A DNA stretch of 64,000 nt. It comes from an uncultured virus (IMG/VR IMGVR_UViG_3300028797_000152). Its lineage: Duplodnaviria > Heunggongvirae > Uroviricota > Caudoviricetes. The notes beneath the pieces are model-generated. The model had not been told where the DNA came from and ran no database searches. It saw nothing but the letters and a program-made list of their open reading frames with translations. The first letter of the stretch is position 1. Each line of letters begins with the position of its first letter. Positions 27,597-36,958 of the stretch are shown one piece after another. Location of the stretch: positions 1 to 64,000 of IMG/VR virus record IMGVR_UViG_3300028797_000152; one strand, 5' to 3'. Both the position numbers and the translations under genes were made by a program.

Positions 27597-29231
27597 ATGA
27601 CGAAGTTATGTAAGATGTGTGGAAAACCGTTTGAGCCAAAAACAAATGCTCAAACAATTTGTTCTGATATTCATTATAGAAATTGCGAAGTATGTGGAAG
27701 ACCGTTTATTATCAAGCGGCCTACATCTTCGCAATTATGTTGTTCGAAAGAATGTACTCGAAAGAAGAGAGAAGCTACAATTGAACAACGATATGGAACT
27801 CCTTATCCTTTACGAAATCCTGCTTTGAAAGAGAAACAAGAACAAACTAATCTGAAGCGATTTGGTAAACGTAATGCCGCACAATCACAAGAAATAAAAG
27901 ACAAGTGTCGAGATTTATTTCAGTCAAAATATGGAGTAGATTGTCCATTTCAGATGGATGATTTTTGGGATAAATCTAAGAAGACTTGCCTGAATAAATA
28001 CGGTGTAGAATTTGTCACTCAAAGCGATGAATTTAAGCGAAGAGGTGAAGAAGGCTACTTGCGTAACTACGGTGTCCGTAGGCCTATGCAAAGTGCAGAA
28101 TTTCATTCAAAAGCTGCAATTACTCGCAAAGGAATTAAAGCCGAAGACGGAACTCCTTTAGATAGTTTATATGAGAAGACTGTCTATGATTTTTGTAAAT
28201 CGCTTGGACTTGCTATTGATAGAAATATTCCTATTGAGTTTGAATATGATGGAGTTATTAGAAAAACTTTCATAGATTTCAGAATAGAGGGAATGCTTTT
28301 TGAGGTAAAGGGGCTTCCATATCTTCAAGGTGTATATGATTATGCTCAATCAGTGCCTATCGAGAAGAAAATAGAATTATATAAACAGCATCATGTTATA
28401 CTGATAACTGATAATTCTGCCGAAGCAATTAAGTTGTGCGGGAGGCCTAATACTAAAGAATCAAATGGATTAAATTATCTTGATAAATGTCCTGACCCGC
28501 TGATTGGTGTAGATATTTCATTGTTCCACAAGGATGTTAATTTTCCATATGCATCTGATAGACCTAAGTGTTTTTATGATGTAAAAGTAGATGGTAAACT
28601 TAGTGCCCACGAAGCATTTTATGACCCAAAAACACGATGGAATATGATAGTTAATAGAATTAAATATACTGGCGGGTTCATTGATAATAAACAAATACTT
28701 ACTGCTATGAATGTTACAAGAACATGCAAACAGCCTTCGTGGTTTTCTAAGCAGTTTGCTAAGGATTTGATAACTAAGTACTGCACATCTGATACAATAG
28801 TTGACCCTTTTGCAGGTTGGGGCGCTAGATGTGACGCAGCTATTGAGTTAGGTAAACAATATGTAGGAGTAGATTTGAATTCTGAATTAGTTGAATGGCA
28901 TAAATCTCTACGTCGGCCTATCGATGTAGGCGATGCTACAAAATTCACTTATTCTGATAAGTGTTCAGTTTTCATATGCCCTCCTTATCAAGATAAAGAA
29001 GTTTATTTTGAGGAGCAGAATTCCGAATTAACACAATGTCAGTGGCTATCTATAGTTATGGAAAATATTCCAAATGCAACAGAATATCTTATGGTATGTA
29101 AAGTAGTGGACCGCGGTTGGGAAAAATACATAGTTGATGTTAAAGAAAACAAGAGCCACTTTGGAATCAACAAAGAATATGTTTTGTTAGTTCCGTCAAC
29201 CTTTAATAATTCATGTGAGGTTGGTACATGA
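27597..29231 (+). CDS. Fusion of Zn-finger, KYGV repeats, PD-(D/E)XK nuclease and DNA methyltransferase-like domains
   Basis: CKMC/CEVC; LKRFGK, SKYGVD, NKYGVE, RNYGVR repeats; DSLYE…IDF…EVKG; DPFAGWG, GVDLN, CPPY. Confidence 0.7.
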   Translation: MTKLCKMCGKPFEPKTNAQTICSDIHYRNCEVCGRPFIIKRPTSSQLCCSKECTRKKREATIEQRYGTPYPLRNPALKEKQEQTNLKRFGKRNAAQSQEIKDKCRDLFQSKYGVDCPFQMDDFWDKSKKTCLNKYGVEFVTQSDEFKRRGEEGYLRNYGVRRPMQSAEFHSKAAITRKGIKAEDGTPLDSLYEKTVYDFCKSLGLAIDRNIPIEFEYDGVIRKTFIDFRIEGMLFEVKGLPYLQGVYDYAQSVPIEKKIELYKQHHVILITDNSAEAIKLCGRPNTKESNGLNYLDKCPDPLIGVDISLFHKDVNFPYASDRPKCFYDVKVDGKLSAHEAFYDPKTRWNMIVNRIKYTGGFIDNKQILTAMNVTRTCKQPSWFSKQFAKDLITKYCTSDTIVDPFAGWGARCDAAIELGKQYVGVDLNSELVEWHKSLRRPIDVGDATKFTYSDKCSVFICPPYQDKEVYFEEQNSELTQCQWLSIVMENIPNATEYLMVCKVVDRGWEKYIVDVKENKSHFGINKEYVLLVPSTFNNSCEVGT

Positions 29232-29554
29232 AATTATATATCAAATCAACAAGTGAATATCGTTATTGCGGAAGTGTAGCCGATAGGTTTGGCAATATCA
29301 AGATTCGTGATTGGGAATGTAGTACTAGAGCATCTAGTATTGACCAAGCAAGAAATAATATTCTTTTTCAGGCTAAGAAGAGATTAGGACTTAAACCTAC
29401 TGCTTTTCTTAAGTTAACTAAACCGGATAATATTGAGGATTTAACTCCAATAGAAGAAGATAACTCTCGTTGTCCTAACTGTGGAACTCCTTTAACAGAC
29501 GGTGGCTTTTGCCCTAGATGTTATGCGGAGGGTGACGAAAGTAATTATAGTTAA
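29228..29554 (+). CDS. Protein with MKLYIKST leader and C-terminal zinc ribbon
   Basis: CPNCG…FCPRC. Confidence 0.65.
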   Translation: MKLYIKSTSEYRYCGSVADRFGNIKIRDWECSTRASSIDQARNNILFQAKKRLGLKPTAFLKLTKPDNIEDLTPIEEDNSRCPNCGTPLTDGGFCPRCYAEGDESNYS

Positions 29555-29732
29555 AGTGTTTAATGTAACTCCTGACAGATATCAAAATCTTGATAATTTG
29601 ATTAACTACAATAAAGACAAGCAAGATTACATTCTTGCTCGTCTTTATCTTTTAAGAAACTTCATAAAAGATGGAAACAAGTCAAAAGCACTTGATTGTA
29701 TAGATAACATAATTAAAGATTTAACCACATAA
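29502..29732 (+). CDS. Small hypothetical protein (start uncertain)
   Basis: ORF fills the gap between genes. Confidence 0.4.
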   Translation: MAFALDVMRRVTKVIIVKVFNVTPDRYQNLDNLINYNKDKQDYILARLYLLRNFIKDGNKSKALDCIDNIIKDLTT

Positions 29733-29771
29733 ACCTTTAATCTAATTGTATTTTACAATAAGGAGTTTTAT

Positions 29772-31088
29772 ATGAAAATATATGTAAAATCTTCAGAACT
29801 GACTCAAGAAGATATCAAAGACTCTTTACAGGACCCTGAACTTGTAAAAGAATTAAATCGTCAAGGCTATATTGACTTTGACCGTTCAAGAAAATGGGGA
29901 ATATCTCCTAGAAATTCTGTTATTGATAGTATTGAAAGAGCAGCCAGCAATTCAGCAGACCCTAAGTTACTTAGATTAATCTTAGATAAGTTTGGTAGTG
30001 TTAATTCAAGAAGATTCATAGCTAAAAATCCCAATACTCCTGTTGAGATATTGGAAGAATTATCCGAAGATACTTATGGGTTAGATTATGGAGAACTAAC
30101 TAGAGTTTATGTGGCAAGAAATCCAAATACACCCTATGACATATTAGTTAAATTATCTCAAGATGATGATGATAGATGTGTACGAGATAATGCAGAAAAG
30201 AGTTTAGAAGAAAGAGGTGTAGAGGCTTGCAGTAAAGTAACATCTTCTCTTGATATTGATGAACCGTATGGATTTGATTCTAAATCATTTGATAGATATG
30301 ACGAAGAAGATTGGGCATATTATATTGCCAACAAAGAACACTATGATGAAGACATGTATCATGAACTTCTTTCAGATATAAATAATCTCCGTGCAGATGA
30401 GTGGATAAAAGATGATTGTTTTGAACATCTGAGCAAAAAGGCTCTCGAAGCATTTAAGCAATTTATCAAATTTCACGAAGATGATGAAGATGTAGAAGCT
30501 TGCGGAGATATAACAGCATCTACAAAATCACACCCATCTGTCCCTGCAGGGTGGGAGATTATCCCAGAAGGTGATGACGAGGAAGGAAATTGGGGTACTA
30601 TTTGCAAGGCATTACCTAATGATTCTGGTTATGTTTGGATTGATATGTTCTATAATGAAAAAGATAGAAGATATTATGAAATCCAGTATGCTTATAGAAA
30701 AGCTAATGGAAATGTTGGCGAGATATGGAAAGTTTCTGAGAATCCATTTTATAGTTTGAATCGAGCTCTTGAATATGCTAATAGAAAATTCTTCTCCGAT
30801 AGTGATGATGTAGAGGCTTGTGGAGATATAACTTGTTCAAAAGACCCTGAATTAGACGAGGAGTTTCTTATTGAAGGCTATTACGATGACCAGAAGCGAG
30901 GTTTAGCCGAATCTGCTGAAACTTCAGATGTATATGCTCTCAATGAACTCGCAAATGAGTATGCTAACAAGGGATATTATATAAGAGTTCATAATATCAC
31001 AGATGGAACTGTTGCAGAATTTTCTGCAGATAGTTGGTTTAATAGTTTAGCAAAAGATGGCGGTGCTGAACTTTTCATGTCTTGGTAA
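29772..31088 (+). CDS. Multi-segment protein with MKIYVKSS leader, LRV/HEAT-like repeats and three VEAC linkers
   Basis: IAKNPNTPVEILEELSED and VARNPNTPYDILVKLSQD; VEACSKVTSS, VEACGDITAS, VEACGDITCS. Confidence 0.7.
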   Translation: MKIYVKSSELTQEDIKDSLQDPELVKELNRQGYIDFDRSRKWGISPRNSVIDSIERAASNSADPKLLRLILDKFGSVNSRRFIAKNPNTPVEILEELSEDTYGLDYGELTRVYVARNPNTPYDILVKLSQDDDDRCVRDNAEKSLEERGVEACSKVTSSLDIDEPYGFDSKSFDRYDEEDWAYYIANKEHYDEDMYHELLSDINNLRADEWIKDDCFEHLSKKALEAFKQFIKFHEDDEDVEACGDITASTKSHPSVPAGWEIIPEGDDEEGNWGTICKALPNDSGYVWIDMFYNEKDRRYYEIQYAYRKANGNVGEIWKVSENPFYSLNRALEYANRKFFSDSDDVEACGDITCSKDPELDEEFLIEGYYDDQKRGLAESAETSDVYALNELANEYANKGYYIRVHNITDGTVAEFSADSWFNSLAKDGGAELFMSW

Positions 31089-31112
31089 AATCATATAAAG
31101 GAGATATAGAAT

Positions 31113-31388
31113 ATGGCTGAAGCAACATTAATTCCGATGGATGAACTTCAAACATTAAAGTCTAAAGATGACGTAGCTGCAGTAGCTGCTATTGCAGAAA
31201 AAGCACAGCAGAAACAAGCTATTGCATATCTTATCAATACTGCTGCAAATTGCGGCCAGTATGATGTAACTTATAATGGTAAGATTCTTCCTGATGTATT
31301 GACTGAATTAGAAACAGAAGGTTATACTATTACTTATGACATTGCAAAGGTCAATGCAGAAGATATTGCTCATATCAGTTGGGCATAA
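31113..31388 (+). CDS. Hypothetical protein
   Basis: SD AAGGAG; 91 aa. Confidence 0.6.
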   Translation: MAEATLIPMDELQTLKSKDDVAAVAAIAEKAQQKQAIAYLINTAANCGQYDVTYNGKILPDVLTELETEGYTITYDIAKVNAEDIAHISWA

Positions 31389-31402
31389 TCAGGAGAACTA
31401 TC

Positions 31403-31648
31403 ATGAAGAAGTATATTTCAGCATCTAATAATATGTCTTTTGATGAATATTTAGAAGCACTTAAACAAAAATTGCCTAAAACTTATAATTGGGATTATGA
31501 TGTCAATGTAGGCCCAGATGGTTTCAGATATGCTGATTTCTTTGCAGATGATAGGGTAGTGGGGGAAATTGACGATGACCCTAACATCAAGTTAAATAAA
31601 GCTCAACTTAAGAGAGATGTAGCATACCTCATGGAAGAGCTAGGTTGA
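31403..31648 (+). CDS. Protein with MKKYISAS leader
   Basis: ATG 31403 after AGGAG. Confidence 0.65.
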   Translation: MKKYISASNNMSFDEYLEALKQKLPKTYNWDYDVNVGPDGFRYADFFADDRVVGEIDDDPNIKLNKAQLKRDVAYLMEELG

Positions 31649-31653
31649 TTATC

Positions 31654-32139
31654 ATGAAATTATATATCAAATCTAATTCACAAGCCTATCAAGAAGCATT
31701 TAACCGGATACAGCAATCACTTGTACTCGGCAAGAAAGATAGAGCAGATATAATGGACTATCTGGATAATCTGTATGACGAAGATAAATTGACTGAAGAA
31801 GAATACGATATGCTTTCTGATAATGCCTGGAAATCACTCACAGATGTAACTCCATATGAAAGCATTAAAGAAGATTGCCCGTTAGCTGTTACTTTTTATG
31901 ATGATAATTGGGTCCCTTATTACACTATCTATGATGTTTTTGAAGAAGGCCCAGTTGAATATGCATTGTTAGATGAAAGGCATAATAACTTGCTTGAACT
32001 TTACGAAAATTCTTCAAATAATCTAAATAGCTTAGATATCTTGTACGAGTATGTGGGTGATATATTAGATAGATATTTTGATAATCTTAATGATGTATTT
32101 GTAGAATATACTCCAGAGTACAAACCAAATGTAAATTAA
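31654..32139 (+). CDS. Acidic protein with MKLYIKSN leader
   Basis: ATG 31654; leader motif. Confidence 0.65.
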   Translation: MKLYIKSNSQAYQEAFNRIQQSLVLGKKDRADIMDYLDNLYDEDKLTEEEYDMLSDNAWKSLTDVTPYESIKEDCPLAVTFYDDNWVPYYTIYDVFEEGPVEYALLDERHNNLLELYENSSNNLNSLDILYEYVGDILDRYFDNLNDVFVEYTPEYKPNVN

Positions 32140-32172
32140 ATCAGAATCGTTATATAATGTGACAGATAGATA

Positions 32173-32202
32173 TTAGCCCTTGTAATTGAGGGCTAAATTT
32201 TT
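32173..32202 (+). promoter_or_regulatory. Hairpin plus T-tract between a GAATCGTTAT motif and the SD (terminator, attenuator or 5' stabiliser)
   Basis: TTAGCCCTT…GAGGGCTAA followed by ATTTTT. Confidence 0.45.
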
Positions 32203-32213
32203 AAGGAGATGAG

Positions 32214-32663
32214 ATGAAAGTTTATATTAAAGCAATGTCAATGAGTCGTGGAGACCTTAAAGAATGGATTGAAGCGCATACTCAGCAGACTATAATTGCT
32301 CTAGCTCAGCTTTATCTCTTCCCTCAGGGTAATAGAGTGCATTGGAGAAAAGAAGTATGGGAAAAATTTCATGAAATGCACAAACTTAAATTTAATAATA
32401 AGTTACCTTCTTCAAAATTTATCTTAGACAACAGTTATGGGTTGCATCAATCAAAGATATGTCGATTACTTCAGTATGCTATTGATAAGGAAGAGAAATA
32501 TACACCTATTTCTAGTAGACGAGAGTCTGAGTTTCTTCTCATAGTTGAAGACTACTTTATATGGCTTGCTAATCAGTTAAGTCAAGCAGATTTGATAAAT
32601 ACACAAGAAGTTTTAGACGAACTTGATAACTTAGGACTCACTATAGATTACGAAAGGGAATGA
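32214..32663 (+). CDS. Protein with MKVYIKAM leader; possible DUF29-like helical fold
   Basis: LYLFP…HWRKEV pattern. Confidence 0.55.
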   Translation: MKVYIKAMSMSRGDLKEWIEAHTQQTIIALAQLYLFPQGNRVHWRKEVWEKFHEMHKLKFNNKLPSSKFILDNSYGLHQSKICRLLQYAIDKEEKYTPISSRRESEFLLIVEDYFIWLANQLSQADLINTQEVLDELDNLGLTIDYERE

Positions 32664-32666
32664 TTC

Positions 32667-33656
32667 ATGAAAGTTTACATCAAATCAGCAACAAATATAT
32701 CAGATTACGAAGCAAAGATTGCTAAGAAACAAGCAGAAATAGATAAAAAAGAAGCTTGGATTCAGAAGAAAGAAGCAAGTATTGCTAAGAGATACAAGAT
32801 AATTGAACCCGCAGTAACTCCTGAAGAGTTTGCTCGAGTTCAAAATTATGTTGAGTTCATTAAGAATCATAATTCTTATAGAGTCCCGGAAGAACTTTCT
32901 ATTAGTGATATTAGCAGAAAGTTTCCATGGGGCGAGGATGTAGGACATGCATTATATGGTATCAGAGATGATGCATCTTCTATTTACAATTCAAACGAAG
33001 CAATCAAGGAAGCACAGAAGATAATTGATAACTACAATTCCAAAATTTCTGCCTTGACAGAGAAGGCTAATGAAATTGATAGAATTCCTGATTGTCTCAA
33101 AGAATTCATGAATGATATTATCGCTAGGTGGGATGAACACGACCTTAGAATCAAGAACGAAGGTAAACCTTTCTACCAACAACTGCGTCATGATGCTTGG
33201 GTCATCCTTTATGGAGAAACATCTTCCGGTAGTCCTTCGGTAGAAAAAGCAAAGTTAGCAGAACTTTATCCTAACATTCCTGAAAGAGACAGATATTATA
33301 GCTATAGAGACCCTCGAAGAGAGCAATTTGACGAAGATTACATTGAGAGGCCTTTTGAAAGAGAATATGGCTCACTTAAATATGCTCGTTCTATTTGGGA
33401 TTTATCAGACGAGCAGATTCATAAGCAGAATCAAAGAGACGGAGAGAATCTTGTTCTTGACTTACTCAAGAGAGTAACTAAGATAACAGGCCCTGTTAGA
33501 GATTGGAATAGCCTCAGAGTTACAAGAGGAAATGTAGGGGCTGTTATCAATGGAATTGTTGTCGGTGAGGATGGCACAGCTGAGGTGAAATCGATTTTAG
33601 CTTCTGGGCCTATTCAGAGGCTCCATGTCCGAACACTTGTTCACGAGGTTAAATAA
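32667..33656 (+). CDS. Coiled-coil protein with MKVYIKSA leader
   Basis: N-terminal coiled coil; C-terminal INGIVVG…IQRLHVRTLV. Confidence 0.7.
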   Translation: MKVYIKSATNISDYEAKIAKKQAEIDKKEAWIQKKEASIAKRYKIIEPAVTPEEFARVQNYVEFIKNHNSYRVPEELSISDISRKFPWGEDVGHALYGIRDDASSIYNSNEAIKEAQKIIDNYNSKISALTEKANEIDRIPDCLKEFMNDIIARWDEHDLRIKNEGKPFYQQLRHDAWVILYGETSSGSPSVEKAKLAELYPNIPERDRYYSYRDPRREQFDEDYIERPFEREYGSLKYARSIWDLSDEQIHKQNQRDGENLVLDLLKRVTKITGPVRDWNSLRVTRGNVGAVINGIVVGEDGTAEVKSILASGPIQRLHVRTLVHEVK

Positions 33657-33662
33657 AGTAAT

Positions 33663-33875
33663 ATGAATTATCTTGTACTTGAACTTCAGACTACTAACGG
33701 AGTTACATCTTCATTAACTTATCAGTTCAACGAACTTCCTTTAGCTGAGCAAAAATATTATCTCACATTAGCGTCAGCAGCAATAAGTGAAGTAGATGTT
33801 CATTCGGCAGTTCTATTGAACGAAGTAGGTGAAACATTAAAATTTGATAGTTACAATCATATTCAAAATAATTAA
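33663..33875 (+). CDS. Small hypothetical protein
   Basis: 70 aa ORF. Confidence 0.55.
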   Translation: MNYLVLELQTTNGVTSSLTYQFNELPLAEQKYYLTLASAAISEVDVHSAVLLNEVGETLKFDSYNHIQNN

Positions 33876-33888
33876 GGAGATATAAAAT

Positions 33889-34155
33889 ATGAAAATTTAT
33901 ATTAAATCTTCAACATATAAAAGAATAGCAAGAACTGATGAATTTGATAATGGAAAAGTTTTTCATAACGACTGGCTTAATATTTCAAATGAAGAAGCTG
34001 AACAATCAGCCCAGAAGAAATCTCTCGAATATCCTGAAAGCATATGGTATGTTCAGTATGATGATATAATGAATCCTAGTTCTGATATCTATTGGGTCAA
34101 CGGAGAAGCATATCATTCATATGATGATGCAATCAAGGTACAGAAGCATTTATGA
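33889..34155 (+). CDS. Protein with MKIYIKSS leader
   Basis: SD AAGGAG. Confidence 0.65.
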   Translation: MKIYIKSSTYKRIARTDEFDNGKVFHNDWLNISNEEAEQSAQKKSLEYPESIWYVQYDDIMNPSSDIYWVNGEAYHSYDDAIKVQKHL

Positions 34156-34403
34156 AAATTTATATCAAAGCAAAAGCAGATATAGAAGTTCAGAATCCAG
34201 GAATGTTAGAAGTTCCCGAAGGTAAATCAATTCAAGATTTGCCAGTGAAACATTTCAAGGCCTTAATAGATAAGAAAGGCAGAGCACCAATAATTAGAGC
34301 ATTAACTAACTTAGAAATATGGAATAAGAATGATAACAAATCGTTATCTAATTGGGCTAAGAAAATGAAGAAATCTTTAGAAGGCTACGGAGAGAAGGAA
34401 TAA
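34152..34403 (+). CDS. Protein with MKIYIKAK leader
   Basis: ATGA coupling. Confidence 0.65.
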   Translation: MKIYIKAKADIEVQNPGMLEVPEGKSIQDLPVKHFKALIDKKGRAPIIRALTNLEIWNKNDNKSLSNWAKKMKKSLEGYGEKE

Positions 34404-34405
34404 AG

Positions 34406-34630
34406 ATGAGTGAATTAGAATATGCAAAACAGGCTATAAAGAAGAAACTTAAGCCAGATGGACAATGTTTGTCATGTGTAGTTAGAAGTAAAAGGACAGG
34501 AAGTGAATTCATAATCGCTCAGCAGTATCCTTCTTATGATGGTTGGTTTGTATACGAAGGTTGTGAACTTATTGTAGGAGATACAACCTTTGATTATGCT
34601 GTAAAAGTATTATTAGACGCCACGAGGTGA
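34406..34630 (+). CDS. Small hypothetical protein
   Basis: 74 aa ORF. Confidence 0.55.
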   Translation: MSELEYAKQAIKKKLKPDGQCLSCVVRSKRTGSEFIIAQQYPSYDGWFVYEGCELIVGDTTFDYAVKVLLDATR

Positions 34631-34634
34631 GCAC

Positions 34635-34943
34635 ATGAAAAAATATATTAAAGCAATGACTATCAGAGATATGCGAATAGACGCAGTTTCAAGGACAGTA
34701 TATTCTTTTAAAACAGCATATAGCGTAACATATGTAAATCCTGATGGATACGGCGGAGCAGATAGAGAATATACTGAGAAAGATGTTCCGAAGCGCGTAT
34801 TGAATTTCATTGAGAATGAATCAGTAAATACTTGTCATACTGAAGGTAGGCAAGGCTGGAGAGGAAGTTATGTCTATGATGTCTTCTGGAGAAAGGGAAC
34901 TCCCGAGGCTGAAATGGGCAAAACTATTGATAAGGTTGAATGA
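34635..34943 (+). CDS. Protein with MKKYIKAM leader
   Basis: SD GAGGTG. Confidence 0.65.
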   Translation: MKKYIKAMTIRDMRIDAVSRTVYSFKTAYSVTYVNPDGYGGADREYTEKDVPKRVLNFIENESVNTCHTEGRQGWRGSYVYDVFWRKGTPEAEMGKTIDKVE

Positions 34944-34954
34944 GGTAATGCTCC

Positions 34955-35314
34955 ATGAAAAGATACATTAAAGCATCAAGTTATGATAGAGCATCAATTG
35001 TAAACAGATTAGATGCTATTGACGGAATTCACTTAATAGCAGTAAGCGATGAAATAGTAATATTCAAAGACCACAATAATAAAGAATATTCTATTCAGTT
35101 TAATGGTGACACAGAAAGAATAGAAAATTTACTTACGCAGTTAGAGGCAAACGAAGAACCTTATAATCTTACTGCCCCTGAAGATATAACACCTGAGAGA
35201 CTTGCAACTATTGTATCGCAGTTAATTGATATCTATAATAATGATTCAATTGGAGGTTCAGGCCAACTAATCAAGATTGGAAAGTTGCTTAAATTCTATA
35301 ATTTGATTAGATGA
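34955..35314 (+). CDS. Protein with MKRYIKAS leader
   Basis: SD GAGGT. Confidence 0.65.
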   Translation: MKRYIKASSYDRASIVNRLDAIDGIHLIAVSDEIVIFKDHNNKEYSIQFNGDTERIENLLTQLEANEEPYNLTAPEDITPERLATIVSQLIDIYNNDSIGGSGQLIKIGKLLKFYNLIR

Positions 35315-35327
35315 TAGGAGTGATAGT

Positions 35328-35780
35328 ATGAAGATATATGTAAAAGCAGCGACTGATGAAATTGTTTACACTACAGCTAGTGGTAGAGGTAAAGTAAGAA
35401 AATTTGATTATCCTAACGGCGATATAGTTTATGATGCAACTATACTCGACCGGTACGGCGACGAATGCGATGGCGAAGAATATGATACTTTAGAAGATGC
35501 TATATCTTTTGTAGATGAGTATGAAGCTAAGTATCAATGGGGATTAAGTAAGCAGCCTGAATTTGAAAAATGGTATCAATCTTTATCTCCTGAAGTAAAG
35601 AAAGATTTTGACCGCCAAAATTCGTGGAATATGAGTCGATGTGATATAAGCTGCGACTATGAATCTATGTTAGATTATATTGATTATGTTAAATCTGGAA
35701 GAAAACCTAAATGGGCAAGAAGCATGAATCTTTCAGATGAAGAGTTTAAAGAAATGACTAATTATGATGGCATATTATAA
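35328..35780 (+). CDS. Acidic protein with MKIYVKAA leader
   Basis: SD AGGAG. Confidence 0.65.
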   Translation: MKIYVKAATDEIVYTTASGRGKVRKFDYPNGDIVYDATILDRYGDECDGEEYDTLEDAISFVDEYEAKYQWGLSKQPEFEKWYQSLSPEVKKDFDRQNSWNMSRCDISCDYESMLDYIDYVKSGRKPKWARSMNLSDEEFKEMTNYDGIL

Positions 35781-35794
35781 GGAGCGGTGATATT

Positions 35795-36049
35795 ATGCAG
35801 AATTATGAAGATTTTATAAATGCAATGAATGATTTCATTCATACTTGGATGCCTGAATTCAAAGATGTAGAATTAGTATATGTTTATTTTGATGAAGAAG
35901 ACATCGAGTATATGTATATTATCTGGGCAAACGGTAGCCAAAGTAGATTGAATCTTTCTTACAACTATCCTTGCTTTAGCTCAATTCTTCAGAATTTCCT
36001 CAATCGCAGAGGTAATTACGAATCTGTTCCTGAGGATGAATATATCTAA
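35795..36049 (+). CDS. Hypothetical protein
   Basis: 84 aa ORF. Confidence 0.55.
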   Translation: MQNYEDFINAMNDFIHTWMPEFKDVELVYVYFDEEDIEYMYIIWANGSQSRLNLSYNYPCFSSILQNFLNRRGNYESVPEDEYI

Positions 36050-36052
36050 TAT

Positions 36053-36595
36053 ATGGCAGAAAACGAACACGGAAAGAAAGCCGAAGGCAAGATAAAAGAA
36101 TGGTTGAATCGTCCTGACGATGGATATAGTTTTGACAGAATTCCTGACCAAGTTTCCGGCATGTATGGTTCGTCAAATATCTGCGATTTTGAGTTATACA
36201 AGTATCCATACAAATACTACATAGAGTCAAAATGCACATATAATGATAATATTCCTTTTAGCTGTCTCACAAATAAACAAAGAGACGGCTTAATGCTGAA
36301 ATCACAGATTGAAGGTTCACACGGACTTGTAATTGTATTGTTTCAATCTTACAAAAGGGCATTTGTATTCAATATACAAGATATAGCAGAACTCATTGAC
36401 ACAGAATCATCTCTTCTAGAGCTTGAAAAGAAGTTAAACAAATCAGATATAATATCTCAACTAAAAATCAAGTCACTGAACATAAAGAAAATTGCAAAAT
36501 GGCCAATTCCTTATAAAGAAATCAGGACAATTCCCAATAACAGAAAAGAATTTCTTGATTACGAAGGCGATATAGAGGAATACATTCCTCAATAA
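36053..36595 (+). CDS. RecU-like Holliday junction resolvase
   Basis: HGKKAE, RIPD, CDF…IESK, Q..GL, LVIVLF. Confidence 0.7.
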   Translation: MAENEHGKKAEGKIKEWLNRPDDGYSFDRIPDQVSGMYGSSNICDFELYKYPYKYYIESKCTYNDNIPFSCLTNKQRDGLMLKSQIEGSHGLVIVLFQSYKRAFVFNIQDIAELIDTESSLLELEKKLNKSDIISQLKIKSLNIKKIAKWPIPYKEIRTIPNNRKEFLDYEGDIEEYIPQ

Positions 36596-36640
36596 CCTTT
36601 AATTAATTGAATATTATTTATATAAAAGAAGGAGAATCAT

Positions 36641-36958
36641 ATGCCCAAGAGTAATAATCCTTATGATTTAATCAATGCATTAGAAGATAGATATGATGAA
36701 TTAACAATGAATGCGAGTTCAAATATCTATTCTGCAACAGAAACAGACGAAGCAGACGAAGAGAAGGACCCCGAAGTAGAGGAACTTTGGAATCTTATTA
36801 CTGACTACCACATTGCTACAGAAGATGAATTACAGTTGCTTACAAAGATATTCGGATATAATGTAGAGAATCTGAATAAAGTAATTCATGAAAGAACCGG
36901 CTATGATGACATTGATACCTATCTTGCAGAAGTCTATCCGGAGGAAAAAATCAAATGA
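36641..36958 (+). CDS. Acidic protein with ALEDR…IYSAT N-terminus
   Basis: TAACCTTT upstream; SD AAGGAG. Confidence 0.6.
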   Translation: MPKSNNPYDLINALEDRYDELTMNASSNIYSATETDEADEEKDPEVEELWNLITDYHIATEDELQLLTKIFGYNVENLNKVIHERTGYDDIDTYLAEVYPEEKIK

